Origin: the human T2T-CHM13v2.0 reference genome, Homo sapiens
NCBI RefSeq assembly: GCF_009914755.1
Contig: NC_060935.1
Strand: one strand, 5' to 3'
DNA length: 64,000 nucleotides
The notes under the pieces were generated by a model, which was not told the origin of the DNA, ran no database searches, and saw nothing but the letters and a program-made list of their open reading frames with translations. This document shows positions 1 to 14,316 of the stretch, in pieces; position 1 is the stretch's first letter, and every line of letters starts with the position of its first letter. The position numbers and the translations under genes were made by a program.

Positions 1-1417
1 AATGATAATTAGTCGTCACAGTAACAAATGGGTCTGCAAATGAGGATCAGACCCAGATAGGGGGTTGAGCTCTGGCGCACTGCCTGGAACCCTGGTGCTC
101 AACCCTAGTGGAGCTGCAGAAACTGCTGAGGTCTGTGCCTACCCCAGAATCCTGACTTAGCCTGGAGTGCTGCCTGCACAAAAGGATTTCTTATTTGAAG
201 CTCCCCAGGAGATGCTGAACAGCCCCAAAGGAAGCCAGGCTGGATTTCAGGCTCCTCTGCCATGGAGCTGCAGCTTGGTTAGGGTCCGGGTGCTTCTCCC
301 TGGATTACCTGGAGAACACCCATCGCCCCGTGTCCCTGGCAGGCTCACCGGCTCAGCCTTCCTTGACCCCCAGCCCCCTGGCTGTACCTTACCAGCCCCT
401 GCAGTTCCTGGGAAACAGGTCTTACCCAGATCCCAGAGTGCGCCTCAGCCCACCTGTCACCTTCCCACTCTAGAAACTCAACTCCAAACCCACCTCCTCC
501 ATGAAACAAGCGAGGAGTCACAAACATCCCCAGTGCCACCCCTCTGAGTTCCACAGGCCTGGCTTGGGCACCAGCATCTCAAGCATGTGGGCCGAGGCCC
601 GGCTTCCTGCCCTGGGAGCTGGTCAGGCCATTGCTCATCCTCAGGGAGGTGTCAGTGCTGGTAGAGGCTGCAGATTGCCTCAAATGTTTTAGAATGTGAC
701 GTTTCCCCCAGGGGCCCAAGGTTAACCGATTCCAAGCACTCAACGGCACTAAGAGTGCATTCTCTCAGTGCATCCTCAAACTAAGTCTATGAAGCAGCTG
801 TTGTTACTACCTCCATTTCACAGGCATGGAAAATGACGCTCAGAGAGGTTAAGTAACTCAGGCGGGTAAGTGGCAGGGTCAGGATTCGAACTCAAGTCAG
901 ACGGACACCGCAGTCCACGCTCCTTTTTATAGCCACACTGCTCCACCCACCTTGCCGTCCTTCTCACAAGAAGACACAGGAGGAAAGAGTCTCAGATCAG
1001 GAGTCGGAGCTGCACAGCCGTGCACTAGGCGTGTTGCCTCAGGAGGCCAGGAAAACGGCTGAGTCCTGCCTATGGTTTGGGCTGAGGCCCATAGTGTGGC
1101 CTGTGATTTATCCCCCAAGCAGGACACTTTGAAGAGTAAAAGAGGCTTTTAAGCTATTAATAATGATGATAGGACAGTGTTGGTCAGGACTGTCCCAGGC
1201 AAGCAGGATATGGGGTCACCCAACATGGAGTTGAAGTTAGCTAAACTCTCGGAACCTCGATCTCCTTATATTTAAAGTGAAGATATCATGAGCACCCACT
1301 AAAATAATTTGTGAGACCACACTAAACTATAAAACCTTACATCCAAATGTAGGTGTTTTGTTTTGTTTTTTAATTTACAACAACAAACAAGACTGGGTGA
1401 ACTCATTCATGGTCTAA

Positions 1418-1747
<330 letters not shown>

Positions 1748-2275
1748 GGGCAAGTTACTTTCACCCTCAGGACCTCAGCAAAGTAACTGGTGTTGTGATG
1801 AAGGGGTCTGCCCGCATTTGAGTTGTAAACTGACAGCAGGTGGGCCACATTTTCTCTATATGACAAGTTTTGTTCGGTCAGTAAAGTGTTGACGTTCTTG
1901 AATTTGAATGCCACGGCCCTGCCACACCCTGTTGGCTTGTACCTGGCCTGGCCTGATCACAGGGTATAGACATCTGCCTGACCCCTGTAGGTGCCTAGGT
2001 TTGCAGCCCCTGGAATAGACACATTCGAAAGCCCCTTCTCATCCTGACATCCTAGGAGTCTTCCTAGCACTGGTAAGTACCCCGACTGAAGGTGTATAGG
2101 TAGATTAGTTGCAACGGATGTTCCACATTAACCTCTTAGATGAGTAACGTTCAACATTAATCAAAACACAAGAAAATCTCCTCCTACGCAATACCAAAGT
2201 CTTAATTCAACAGTCAGTCAGGAGAAATAGAGTCGCAGAATCAAAGGGTCGTCACAGCCGGGTGCAGTGGCTCAT

Positions 2276-2400
2276 GCCTGCAATCCAAGCACTTTGGGAG
2301 ACTGAGGCGGGAGGATTGCTTCAGCCAAGGAGTTCGAGGCCAGCCTGGGCAACATAGTGAGACCCTTTCTTCTAATAAAAAAAAAGAAAGAAAGAAAGAA
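2276..2400 (+). mobile_element. Alu monomer (FLAM-like)
   Basis: Left-arm sequence with A/GAAA tail. Confidence 0.8.
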
Positions 2401-3098
2401 TAAAAGACACTCAGTTGGGGTTTTGGTTTTCCACAAGTTGAGGTTGCCAACCTCATCAGATTAACCTCGAACCCTGACAACTAAGGAAAGAGAGTGGAGG
2501 AAGCAAAGAGCCTCTGCCACCTGTGTGAGCCTCAGATTCCTCCTCCATAAACCCGAGAGACTGATGTGTACCTGGCTGCATTGAGAGGGCTGCGTGAGCT
2601 CCACCGGGCACAGAGTCCAGCAGGCAGAAATGCTCAGTAAACAGAGCCCTACCATCCACTCTGCTCTCGTCCACCGCAGTAGGCAGCCTTAAAATGGGGT
2701 CACTCTGCATAAAGAACAAATACTTGTCAGCAGCTCCACCCTGCCATCTTTCTTGTGCTCAGCTTCTTGGAGAGGCAATGTGGTACGCTTTGAAGGAGCA
2801 CTACATTTGGAGTTTTGATGACTTGCATTTGAATCTTGGCTGTGCCTTTCGTGGCAGTGCATCCTCCAATGACCTCCTTGACCTTTCTGGGTCTGTTTGT
2901 ACATCTGCTAAAAGGGGATCATGATGACCTCTGCCCTGCCCACTTCACAGATCCTCATCCTATCCATTGATAACCCCACCTGTGAGATCCTGTAGTAGCT
3001 GATGTACATGTTAACCGTCATTATCAGTTGAGAAACTTCTCAACTAGGACCAAGCCCTTCACATCTACTCCTGTTTCTGCCACTGAAGCAAATTAAAA

Positions 3099-3102
<4 letters not shown>

Positions 3103-3136
<34 letters not shown>
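3103..3136. repeat. (TA)n microsatellite
   Basis: Directly visible. Confidence 0.95.
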
Positions 3137-3139
<3 letters not shown>

Positions 3140-3466
3140 CTTGGACCTTTTATTTTCTAGCAAGGATTATCCATAGTTATTATCTACACAGGGTGGCTGG
3201 TCCCAGGGGTGTGATTCCCATTTGGGGTAATAAGTAAATGCTCTTCGTAGCAACTGCATATGAGGTGAACAAATACAGCATGCCAATAGCGGGACCCTAT
3301 CGACAGATGAAGCCAGGATTCCAGCACTTACTCCCAGAGCCAGTTCTTCATTATTCAAGATACAAGATCAAGGCTGGGTCCAGGTTCTGTTGAGCCTGAA
3401 GCCTATACAATTTGGGGGTCCCTCTTTAAAAAATATGATAATACACAAATAAAATTAGATAAAGGG

Positions 3467-3748
3467 TGCCTGTAATCCCAGCACTTTGGGAGGCCAAGGC
3501 GGGTGAATCACTTGAGGTCAGGAGTTTTAGACCAGCCTGGCCAACATGGTGAAACCCTGTCTCTACTAAAAATACAAAAATAAGCCAGACATGGTGGTAG
3601 ACGCCTATAATTCCAGCTATTCAGGAGGCTGAGGCACAAGAATCTCTTGAACCCGGGAGGCGGAGGTTGCAATGAGCCAAGACCATATCACTGCACTCCA
3701 GCCTGGGCGACAGAGCTAGACTCCATCTCAAAAAAAAAAAAAAAAAAG
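3467..3748 (+). mobile_element. AluS, slightly 5'-truncated
   Basis: Dimeric Alu with poly(A). Confidence 0.9.
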
Positions 3749-6700
3749 ATAAATGGCCTTGGGAGGGTCCTAAGACTGACCTTCTCCAGCCTTGTGGTCA
3801 GTCTGTCTGGACCTGTCTGCACATCATCCCTTTAATTATTTCCCAAAAGCTCTACATCACAAACGCATTATTGAAGATGAAGAAACGGGGCTCAGAGAGG
3901 TAGAGGAATTTGTCCAACCCAGTTGTCCAGGAAAGACCAGGCACAGTGGACTCCAAATCCCATATTCTTCCAGCCACAACATGCATTTCTTGAATAAATG
4001 CTAAAAGATGTGGTGGGTAATTGGTATTGATGAATGGAACACAAATTTGGGGCAAGTTTCAGGTTCACCCTATCCACACCCTACCCGACTCCCACCAGAA
4101 CTCCTGAATATCACAAACATCCTTCCAGGACCCCACACACAAAAAGTCCCAGGTTATAACCATATTAGAGTAATGGAAAATGAGAAAATGGAAAAAACCT
4201 CCATCATTCCCAGCAAAGACTCAACAGGGCCCTCATGAAGCTCCACCTTGTTCCCACTGAGGCAGCTTCCGGCAAGTGCCTGTTTGTACAACCAGCGAGA
4301 AACACAGCTCTTGCTGATCTTAATTCTTACCCCCACTCGTTCAGTTCTCTTATGATGACAGGCACCTCAATTCAGTTTCGCAGCATCCCAAAACGTGCCG
4401 GAGTAGGCTGGGTGAGACTCTCGGGGCTCAAAGTCTATCATTACATCTTGGTTGCAACCACAGAGGGTTTTTTTTTTTTCTTTTAAACACCAGCTCAAGG
4501 GCAGAAGAATTAGTCAGGGCACAGATCTTCCGGATCGCTACTGTATGGGGACCATAACATCACTGTAAGGCCCCTGTGCTGAGCCACAAACCCCACTTGG
4601 AACAAAGAAAACTCCCAGGTACTTTACCAGACACCAATTGCGCCATCCTGTTTGGGACACAGTCATTTGGCACTCCAGGTTCTCAACCCATAGTAATAAC
4701 GCCTCATGCTTTTGAAACTGAAAAATGCATCCAAAAAAATCTCAGTGACACATCATGACTCATGTCCCATCCCCACCCCCACTCCCACCTCCCTCCCGCC
4801 CCACCCCAGGGAGGGGGGCTCGTCCTTTTCATTCACCCCTGATGTGAAACCAGGTTGGTCAGTGCCTGTCAATTTCACTTCCTGTTTCCTTGCTTCCGTC
4901 AGAGAGCAGAGCTGTGAGGAGGGATAGATATTATGCTGTGGTGCAGCCAGACAAGCCCCACCTTGTTGTGCCTCCAGAAGAAGCACATTCTTGGCCTGGG
5001 TGGTAACAATAACATCTGGATGGAAATATCAAGTGGTATCAGGCTTCCAGACCACCATTCATGAAAGGTGCATCCACTTAGTAAGCCTCTATGGAGGCCT
5101 CTTCTGGGCCAAGTGTTTGTTCGAAGTTGTGTATGGACAGAAAGATATTCCTCCTCTCAAGGTGCCCACAGTCCAGGGCGTACTGAGAAGCCAACAGATA
5201 ATGCAGTGAGATGGCTGTGGGGATTGGGGTGTTACAGAATTGGGGTGGGGTGGGGACAGCCTGCTTTCAAGGAGTCTAGGCAGGCATCTCAGAGGTGACA
5301 GCCAAGACTAGATGGAGGACAATAATAAGGATGATGACGATGATGACACTGATTAACAATATGTGCAGCGTTTTCTAACACTTTGCATTTGTTAACTCAC
5401 GTATTCTTCCCAGTCACCCTTATTCCCACTTTGTAGAGGAGGGAACTGAGGCATCAGGATGGTGAGTAACTGGCCCAAAGTCACATAGCTGTTACAAGCA
5501 CTATATGAGGACAAGCTGACCTGCCAAAGACAGCGTAGGGATCAGGACGGAGAAAGTCACAGAGAGGAAAGGGCATGGCATTTATGGAGAGCTGCCAACA
5601 TCTTGGGGCCACACAGCAAAGGGCAAAAGTGGTCCCAACATGTGGGTGTGTGGCCCACAGACACGCTTTGTTGATGGCCCATATAGTGTTTTAAGATATA
5701 TATATAAACCAACGCTTGAAAATTAGGCTATTTCATATAAAAACCCAGATTCCCAAAATTATGTTGAACAATCAGGATCTGGAAACATGGAGGCCATATT
5801 CTTCCATGGCAATAATCAGAGTTGGGTTGGTTCTCTTTAGATGGGGTGTAGCCTTCACCCTGTTTCCGTACAGCCACTTCCACTGCCTGATGTCCCCTTC
5901 ATCCAGTCCCATTAATCCACCAACGTGACCTGCCTGGTGTGTGTGAGACAGGGCAGAGTCAGGGCACAGAGCTACAGAACTTGGACTGAAGCGTTTCCAG
6001 TAAGAGGAGGGCAGTGGTGATGCAGCCAGACTCCTACTGCGTGGAGATGAGTCCAGCAGCTCCCTGGAAGAGGGACTGCATGGAGCGTAAGACTGCAGCA
6101 GGGAAGAGGAGGAGAGGATAAAGTACTGTTCATGCAGGATCAGAACCGGGGCAAGTGTGAAGAGGTCCCTCTACTGAACTTCTACGGAGGTTGATTTTAC
6201 CGGAAATCTTTTCTCTATTTTCTCCCTGGGGCTCAGGATATAAGCTATACTTAGCAAGCAGTACTTTTTCATATGGAAGACTAAGATTCGCAGAGACCCT
6301 GCCAAGGCAACTTACATAGAGCCAAAGGAGAAAAATTAGGCAGATGCTCTCGGGGGAGTTAATTTTAAGGCATTACAGCATTTAATACACAGATTCCACT
6401 TCAGTGTTAAACCAAACCAGTCGCAGAGGCTTAAAAAACAGTGGCCAGGTCAACCACTTCACTTTACTCCCAGCCCCCAAAACCTCTCCTGCCCACCATG
6501 TTTTCAACTTGAAGCCACACTGAACCATGGAGCACTGTTAGGAAGGCTGGAGGTGGGCAGAGGGGACAGCCCGAGATCATGGTGCCACGAGAAGCTTCCC
6601 TCCAGTTGGGGAGATGGGGCCAAGCCCCATGGACCACGAGTGAGAAAGACACATCATGTTTCTATTTCACGTGTGCCATTCACGTGCTTAGTTCTGGGAC

Positions 6701-6764
6701 GCTGCAGAGAAGCAGCAGTTACAGACCTGCTGATGGTGTGGTCAGGAAAGAAGCAGGAAAAGGG

Positions 6765-7109
<345 letters not shown>

Positions 7110-7315
7110 TCAGCTGTGGAAAGGTCTTGGGTGTTAGGGTCACATTTGACAATTCTGCCTGTTTGCTGTGTGGCACTGATGCCTGGCTGAGCTTCTCTGT
7201 GTCTGTCTCCTCATCTTTTAAATGAGAGCGCTTTGTACACTGGGAAGTGACCTGTGGATGTGAGAGGCCCTGTTGCTATGTGTCCTCTTCATCATTGCTT
7301 GCCTATTTTACTATA

Positions 7316-7608
7316 TTTTTTTTTTTGAGACGGAGTCTCGTTCTATTGCCCAAGCTAGAGTACAGTGGCGTGATCTCTGCTCACTGCAACATTCGCCTCC
7401 CAGGTTCAAGTGATTCTCCAGCCTCAGCCTCCTGAGTAGCTGGGACTATAGGCACGTGCCACCACATCCAGCCAATTTTTGTAGTTTTAGTAGAGACAGG
7501 GTTTTACCATGTTGGCTAGGCTGGCCTCAAACTCCTGACTTCAGGTGATCTGCCTGCCTCGGCCTCCCAAAGTGCTGGGATTACAGGTGTGAGCCACTGC
7601 GCCTGGCC
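7316..7608 (-). mobile_element. AluS
   Basis: Reverse Alu; flanking TTGCCT(A/G)TTTT repeat. Confidence 0.9.
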
Positions 7609-7995
7609 ACTTGCCTGTTTTTCAATCCAGGGCTGGTCCCCCGGCTGGAAGTCTGCAGAGAGGGTCGAGCCCTCCATCTTTCCTTCTCTCCCTTCCCAAA
7701 GTTTCCCAGCTCTGCTGCTATCCCAGGACCCTTTCTTAGGCTATAAAATCCACACGAAGGTGCTATTCAAAAAGATTCCCGCATTTCCTACTTTGAAAGG
7801 GCACCCTAAGGAGTGACTAACAGTGATATTTCAGGAGGCACTGGGTGGTCGTGTCTTGAGCGCTCAGATTCTACCCCATGAGCATCTACATTCAATCAAG
7901 CCAGAGACCAAGATAAAAGCTAAAAAACCCAACCAAGTTTCCAGGTTTTCATAGTGGTTGGCTCCATGTAGACTGGAATTAGCAAACAGGTTTCA

Positions 7996-8412
<417 letters not shown>

Positions 8413-8517
8413 TCAGCAGACACGCATACTATGATGGAGTAGAGATGCTGTCGGGAGCACACAGAGCAGTCATATGCGTGTTGCATATTTGTTACTGTGT
8501 AGACAAAACACCTAGGC

Positions 8518-9242
<725 letters not shown>

Positions 9243-11619
9243 TCACCTTTCGCGTTTCCAACTCAGGAAACAGCAACCACGGAACAGAAGAAAAATCAAG
9301 ATCCCATTTGCCTTGATGGATTCATTTCGATACAACTTCACTCAAGAGCTCGCCGCTTCCTGATTTCACATTTCACCATCAAAGACGAGGGCCGGGGCAG
9401 AGCTGGGGGATGTGGCCCAATCGGCAACATGCGTGGCTGAGCAACAGGTTTCTGCCAGGAGAGGCAACTCTGGGACCGCAGCTTCGGGATCCACTGGCCC
9501 ATCCCAACAGCTAACAGAGGCAGAACATTCTGGAACATCACCCACCTGTCCCATCCTACAGGCTCCCAAGCCAACTGTGGCAAAGGTGAACCAAAGCCCT
9601 GAAAGAACTCGAAGTGAGACAAAGCCAGGCTCTCTGTGCTGAGGGAAGCAAGGCCCAGAGAGGGCAGTGGTGTGGCCACTGTCACACAGCGGGGCTCTGG
9701 GTCCAGTCCCTCTCTCTGATTTGGGCACCTCCCCCCTGCAGCAAGCATTGATGACTTCAGGTTACACGATACAGGAATGTCTCCATCCCTTTCCCCAAGG
9801 TAAGGAAAGGGCTCACATCAGTTAATTGCTCAAGCAACCCCAGAACCAGGATTATAACAAGGTGGTGCTCTGCCACGGGGCTGATAGAGAGGACAGGCCC
9901 TGGCCAGAGCAGGGGTGGGGCAGGGACTGCGGACCAGAGGTCCTCCCCAGAGCTTTTCATGAGCAACTACTAGGCCCTCGATAGAGAAGCCCAGCATGAC
10001 CGAGAGGCAGTCTATGAATATGGTGACAATGCCACACTGTGAGGATAGAACCCAGCCCCGGCTAAAGCCCACTGAAAGTAAGAGCAATAATGCAATTCAT
10101 TCATTCATTCATTCATTCATTCGACAAAGTCCGTGCCAGGCTCTGTGGCTACAATCCTGAAAAAGACACAGTATCTACGTCTTCAGGTTGCTTAAGTAAA
10201 ATCATTAGCACTAAAAAAATGTGGTATTCATACAATAAAGCACAACACAGCAACTAAAAAGCAGGAACTCCTGCTACACTCAAACACGGATGAATTTCAT
10301 GGGTATAATGAGGAGCTGAAGAGGCCAGGCACAGAAGAGTCCATACGCTGCAATTCAAAACACTACTTACGGAAAGCTGGAGAACAGACCCATAGTGAGA
10401 GACCAGAACAGTGCTTAGCTCTTGGTGGGAGGGGGCGGCTGATAGGAGAGGCTCTAGGGAACCTTAATGGGGGATGAAAATGTTCTAGATCTTGAGCTGG
10501 GTGGAGGTTACACGGTGTATGTGTGTGTGGGTGTGTGGGCGTGTGTGTGCATGCAATATATATAAAAAAAGTTTTACATTTTTAAAAATCATTAACAGTG
10601 TTTACACTTCTTTTTCAGAGCTAACCTTACATATGCTTGATCAAATGACGAAAAGCTTCAGCCAGAAACAGTTTTGCCTGGGTTCTGAATCTTCCCTGAG
10701 CTCTTAAATTCTACCCAGTGAGCATCTAGGTTAAAACCTGGATAAAACCTGGATAAAATATTAAAAAACTCAACCAAGTTTCCAAGTTCTTGTACTGCTT
10801 GGCTCTGTGTAGATCCGAGTTAACAAACAGGTTTCAATCCACATACCAGATCTGATGGTATGAAGCACTGATTATGGCTGGGCACAGTGGCTCATGCCTA
10901 TAATCCCAACACTTTGGGAGGCCCAGGCAGGAGGATAGCTTGAAATAGGAGACTGGGGCCCTTGCAAACCCACTGAACTTCCTGGTGGTCACAGTGGACA
11001 GTCAGCCTGGGGAATAAGTCTCTCTGTGAAAAATGCAATGAACACAAGGCCCCTTTCCATGGCCTGTGCTTGGAACCAGCAAAGGAGTCGGCCATTCTGC
11101 ATCCTGAGCACAGACAGAGGAGCTGTGGGTGACAGATGGTGCCTGCCAGGAGCAGGGATGCATGAGTCTCAGGTCAATGACAGATGTGGCTGGAGCCCAG
11201 TGTGGAGGCCCCAGGCTCCAGCGTGACCTAGTTTTCGAGATTGATGGGGCTGGCGTTGATGGCCTCCCGTGCACTCTCCTCTGTTCAGTGGGGGGCAGAG
11301 AGAACCCAAAACAGCAACGCCCTCCCCCAGCCCACACTTAGACAACAGGTGACTACGAAAGGAAGGCAGGAGGGGAGGTGGGGAGGGGAATGGCAGGCGG
11401 GCCAAGTTGGGTGGGCTCCGGGGCAGATATGTCTGCCTCTCTTCTCTGAGGCACGACTGAGGGGCAGAGAAAGGCCAGGCAGTGACAGTGACTTCACGTG
11501 CGCTGCTGCCAACGACCCCCATCCCTCCCAATCCACCGTGGTAACACCAATATGTTCCCAGCTTGGATCTCTCTCTCTCTCTCTTTCTCCCCACCCACCT
11601 TGGGCCCCAGACTCATACC

Positions 11620-12435
11620 CAGCCCTGTCTGCTCAGCATCTCCACTTGGGTGTCCGAGAGCATCTCAAGTGTCATATGGCCAAAAGCAAACTCCTGACCA
11701 TCCCTATCTCAAGACAGGGCTTCTCCATCCTTCCAGGTGCTCTGGCCAAAAACTGTGGTGTCACCTGTGACTCCTCTTTCTCTCACATCCCAGCTGCAAT
11801 CCAGCCAGAAATCCTATGGGTTCTGCCTTCGAGATGTAGTCAGACTCTGGCCACTTCCCACCCCCTCCACTGCGACCGCCCTGATCCTGGCCACCGTCCT
11901 CTCTGCCTCCTCACCTGCCTTCCTGCTTCCTGCCCTCATTCCCTTCCGGGTGTTCTCCCTGCTGGATGTGGAGTGATCCCATGTAAAAGGCACCCATGAC
12001 GTCTCCCACCTCACAGCCTACTGCTCTACCTGCTCACACCACTTGGGTCACGCTGGCCATCGGACACACTGGACAGCCTCAGGGCCTTTGCTGGTCCTGG
12101 GCTGGAAGGCTCTTCCCCTGGAGAGCCCTCAACTCCCTTCCTCGCCTTGGGTGGAGCCTTCCTGGACAGCCCTATTTAAATCGCCACCCCTCCCTCCCCC
12201 TTCCCCCTTCTCTTCTCCTGTTTTAGTCTCTTCCGTAGCATTTATTGCCACTGGACACACAATATATTTTTACTTATTTATTTTGTTCATTGTCAGTTGC
12301 CCCAGGTTAGACTGTAAGGAGCATGAGGGCAGGAAAGTTTGGGGTCTGTTTTGTTCTTGCCATGTCTCCCAACACCAAGGACAGTGCCTGGTGCATAGCA
12401 GGCACCTAGTAAGTTATTGAATAAGTGAATGAATC
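11620..12435 (+). mobile_element. L2 remnant
   Basis: Resembles the L2 3' end (CAGTGCCTGGTGCATAGCAGGCAC...TGAATGAAT). Confidence 0.6.
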
Positions 12436-13427
12436 AGGATCAGTGACCTCCCTCTGGAACCACAGGCTTGACAGCAAAGCTCTCCCCCTTTCTTCTGGCC
12501 CCTCAGTGCCCCCCTCAGGGCAGAACTCCAGGTACCCAGTGTGTCTCCAGCAGGTCCCTGTGTCCCCTTAGTGGTGGGAACAAGAGATCCATCAGTTCCA
12601 AGCCTCAAGATGCCTCTTGCCTCCTTCATCATCTGTCTCCCTCACATCTGCCCTGCCTTTGACAATGTACAAATAGCTTTGAAGCCCTGTAAGGTTTCAG
12701 CATCCTTGTTGCGTAGGCTGGGAGAGCCAGGCAACAGCCCAAAGACACACAGCTTAGAAGGGAGGAGAACACCCATCCTGACAGCAAGCTTGGTCATTGC
12801 TCAGATTCACCCTGTCCCTACCACCTGCTTCCTCCAGGCCAGCACTGCAAGCCAATCGTGATGACAACGACGGTGCTGGATGGAGGACAGACAAAACCAG
12901 TGAGGCTCTTGCAACAGGGGAAAATGAGTCCACCAGCAACAAGAAGACTGGGACTGGGGAGGGGGTGCAGAAGGGATTAAAGGGTTCAAGGGGGCCTGGG
13001 AGGACAGAAGGGGATTCTGTTTGGGTTCCCCTCAACCAACCTAAAGCAGATTCTGCTGAAAACACAGGAGGCAATAATACCCTGAGCTTTTTAAGTGCAT
13101 GTCCCCATGACCCCATAGCCCTACACCTAGAGGTTTATTGCAAAGCCATCAGGGAAAGAGTGTACACAGAACAGTGAGGGTTAGCTATACGGGGTGCTTG
13201 GCAGAGCAGTGCTGGTGAGAGGAGGACAATGGAAACCTTCTCAGTGTCCCCAGATAGGGGAATGGGATTTATACGCCATGACTCCCTTGAAAACAATGAA
13301 TGTGCACCTACATTTCCTAACTCGGAAAGCCGGCAATGACATTGAGCCTAAAATTCTGTGTTGTATGGGCCCATTCGTGTGTGTGTGTTTTTTTTAAATG
13401 TATGTGTTTGCAAAGAAAAGTGTCTAG

Positions 13428-13720
13428 GGCCAGGCGTGGTGGCTCACACCTGTAATCCCAGCACTTTGGGAGGCCGAGGTGGGTGGATCACAGGGTCAGG
13501 AGATTGAGACCATCCTGGCTAACACGGTGAAACCCCGTCTCTACTAAAAAATACAAAAAATTAGCTGAGTGTGGTGGCGGGCACCTGTAGTCCCAGCTAC
13601 TAGGAGGCTGAGGCAGGAGAATGGCATGAACCCGAGAGGCGGAGCTTGCGGTGAGCCAAGATCGCACCATTGCACTCCAGCCTGGGCAACAGAGCAAGAC
13701 TCCATCTCAAAGAAAAAAAA
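13428..13720 (+). mobile_element. AluY-like
   Basis: GAGACCATCCTGGCTAACACGG and GGAGCTTGC diagnostic positions; TSD AAAAGTGTCTAG. Confidence 0.88.
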
Positions 13721-13818
13721 AGTGTCTAGGAGGAAGTATATCAGGTGCAGTAATGGTGACTGCTGCTAGTGAGCCTAGAGGGAGCTCACTCTCTTTTTCA
13801 TTCTTTTCTGTATTCTAT

Positions 13819-14316
13819 TGCTGTGGGATAATTAAGGAATCAGAGAGACTGAGGGGTTGAGGAAGAATTATGTAATTATTTAGGTGCACCAAACCAGTCG
13901 GATTAACATCCAAAGGACTGAGCCCCAAACAAAGAGTCCGGTTACCTTTTAAGCATTTTGTTGGGCGGGGGCGGGGGGGGTAATCTGTGCAGAGGGAAGC
14001 ATATTACAGAAGTGAGAAACAAAGACAGTTATTCAACTGAGACATGCATTACATCATTTCTTACTTTTTAAGGAACAACATGTTTTACGACTTGAGATTA
14101 TCTGTCAAGTGACCTTGAAGCTGCACAGCTAGAGAAACAGAGTCTTCACAATGCCTGGGAAAGGGAGAGATAAGTCTCACTGGCCACAGAAAGAAAAACA
14201 GGCAGTTAATTTTAAAGGACTCCAGCCCTTTCTCTTCCTCAAGGGGAACTGGGTTTTCTTACATTCAGCTGAGTTTTTGATTACACAGTTTTTAATTTCT
14301 TTTCATTCCTGTTCCA
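13819..14316 (-). mobile_element. Solo ERV1 LTR (probably LTR15-like), 498 bp
   Basis: Minus strand reads TGGAACAGGAA...CCCACAGCA (TG...CA); 4-bp TSD CTAT (13815-13818 and 14317-14320). Family name is from memory. Confidence 0.8.

Noticed and set aside
11241-11999. 252-aa ORF
   Set aside because: No recognisable domain; its 3' half overlaps L2-like sequence in GC-rich DNA
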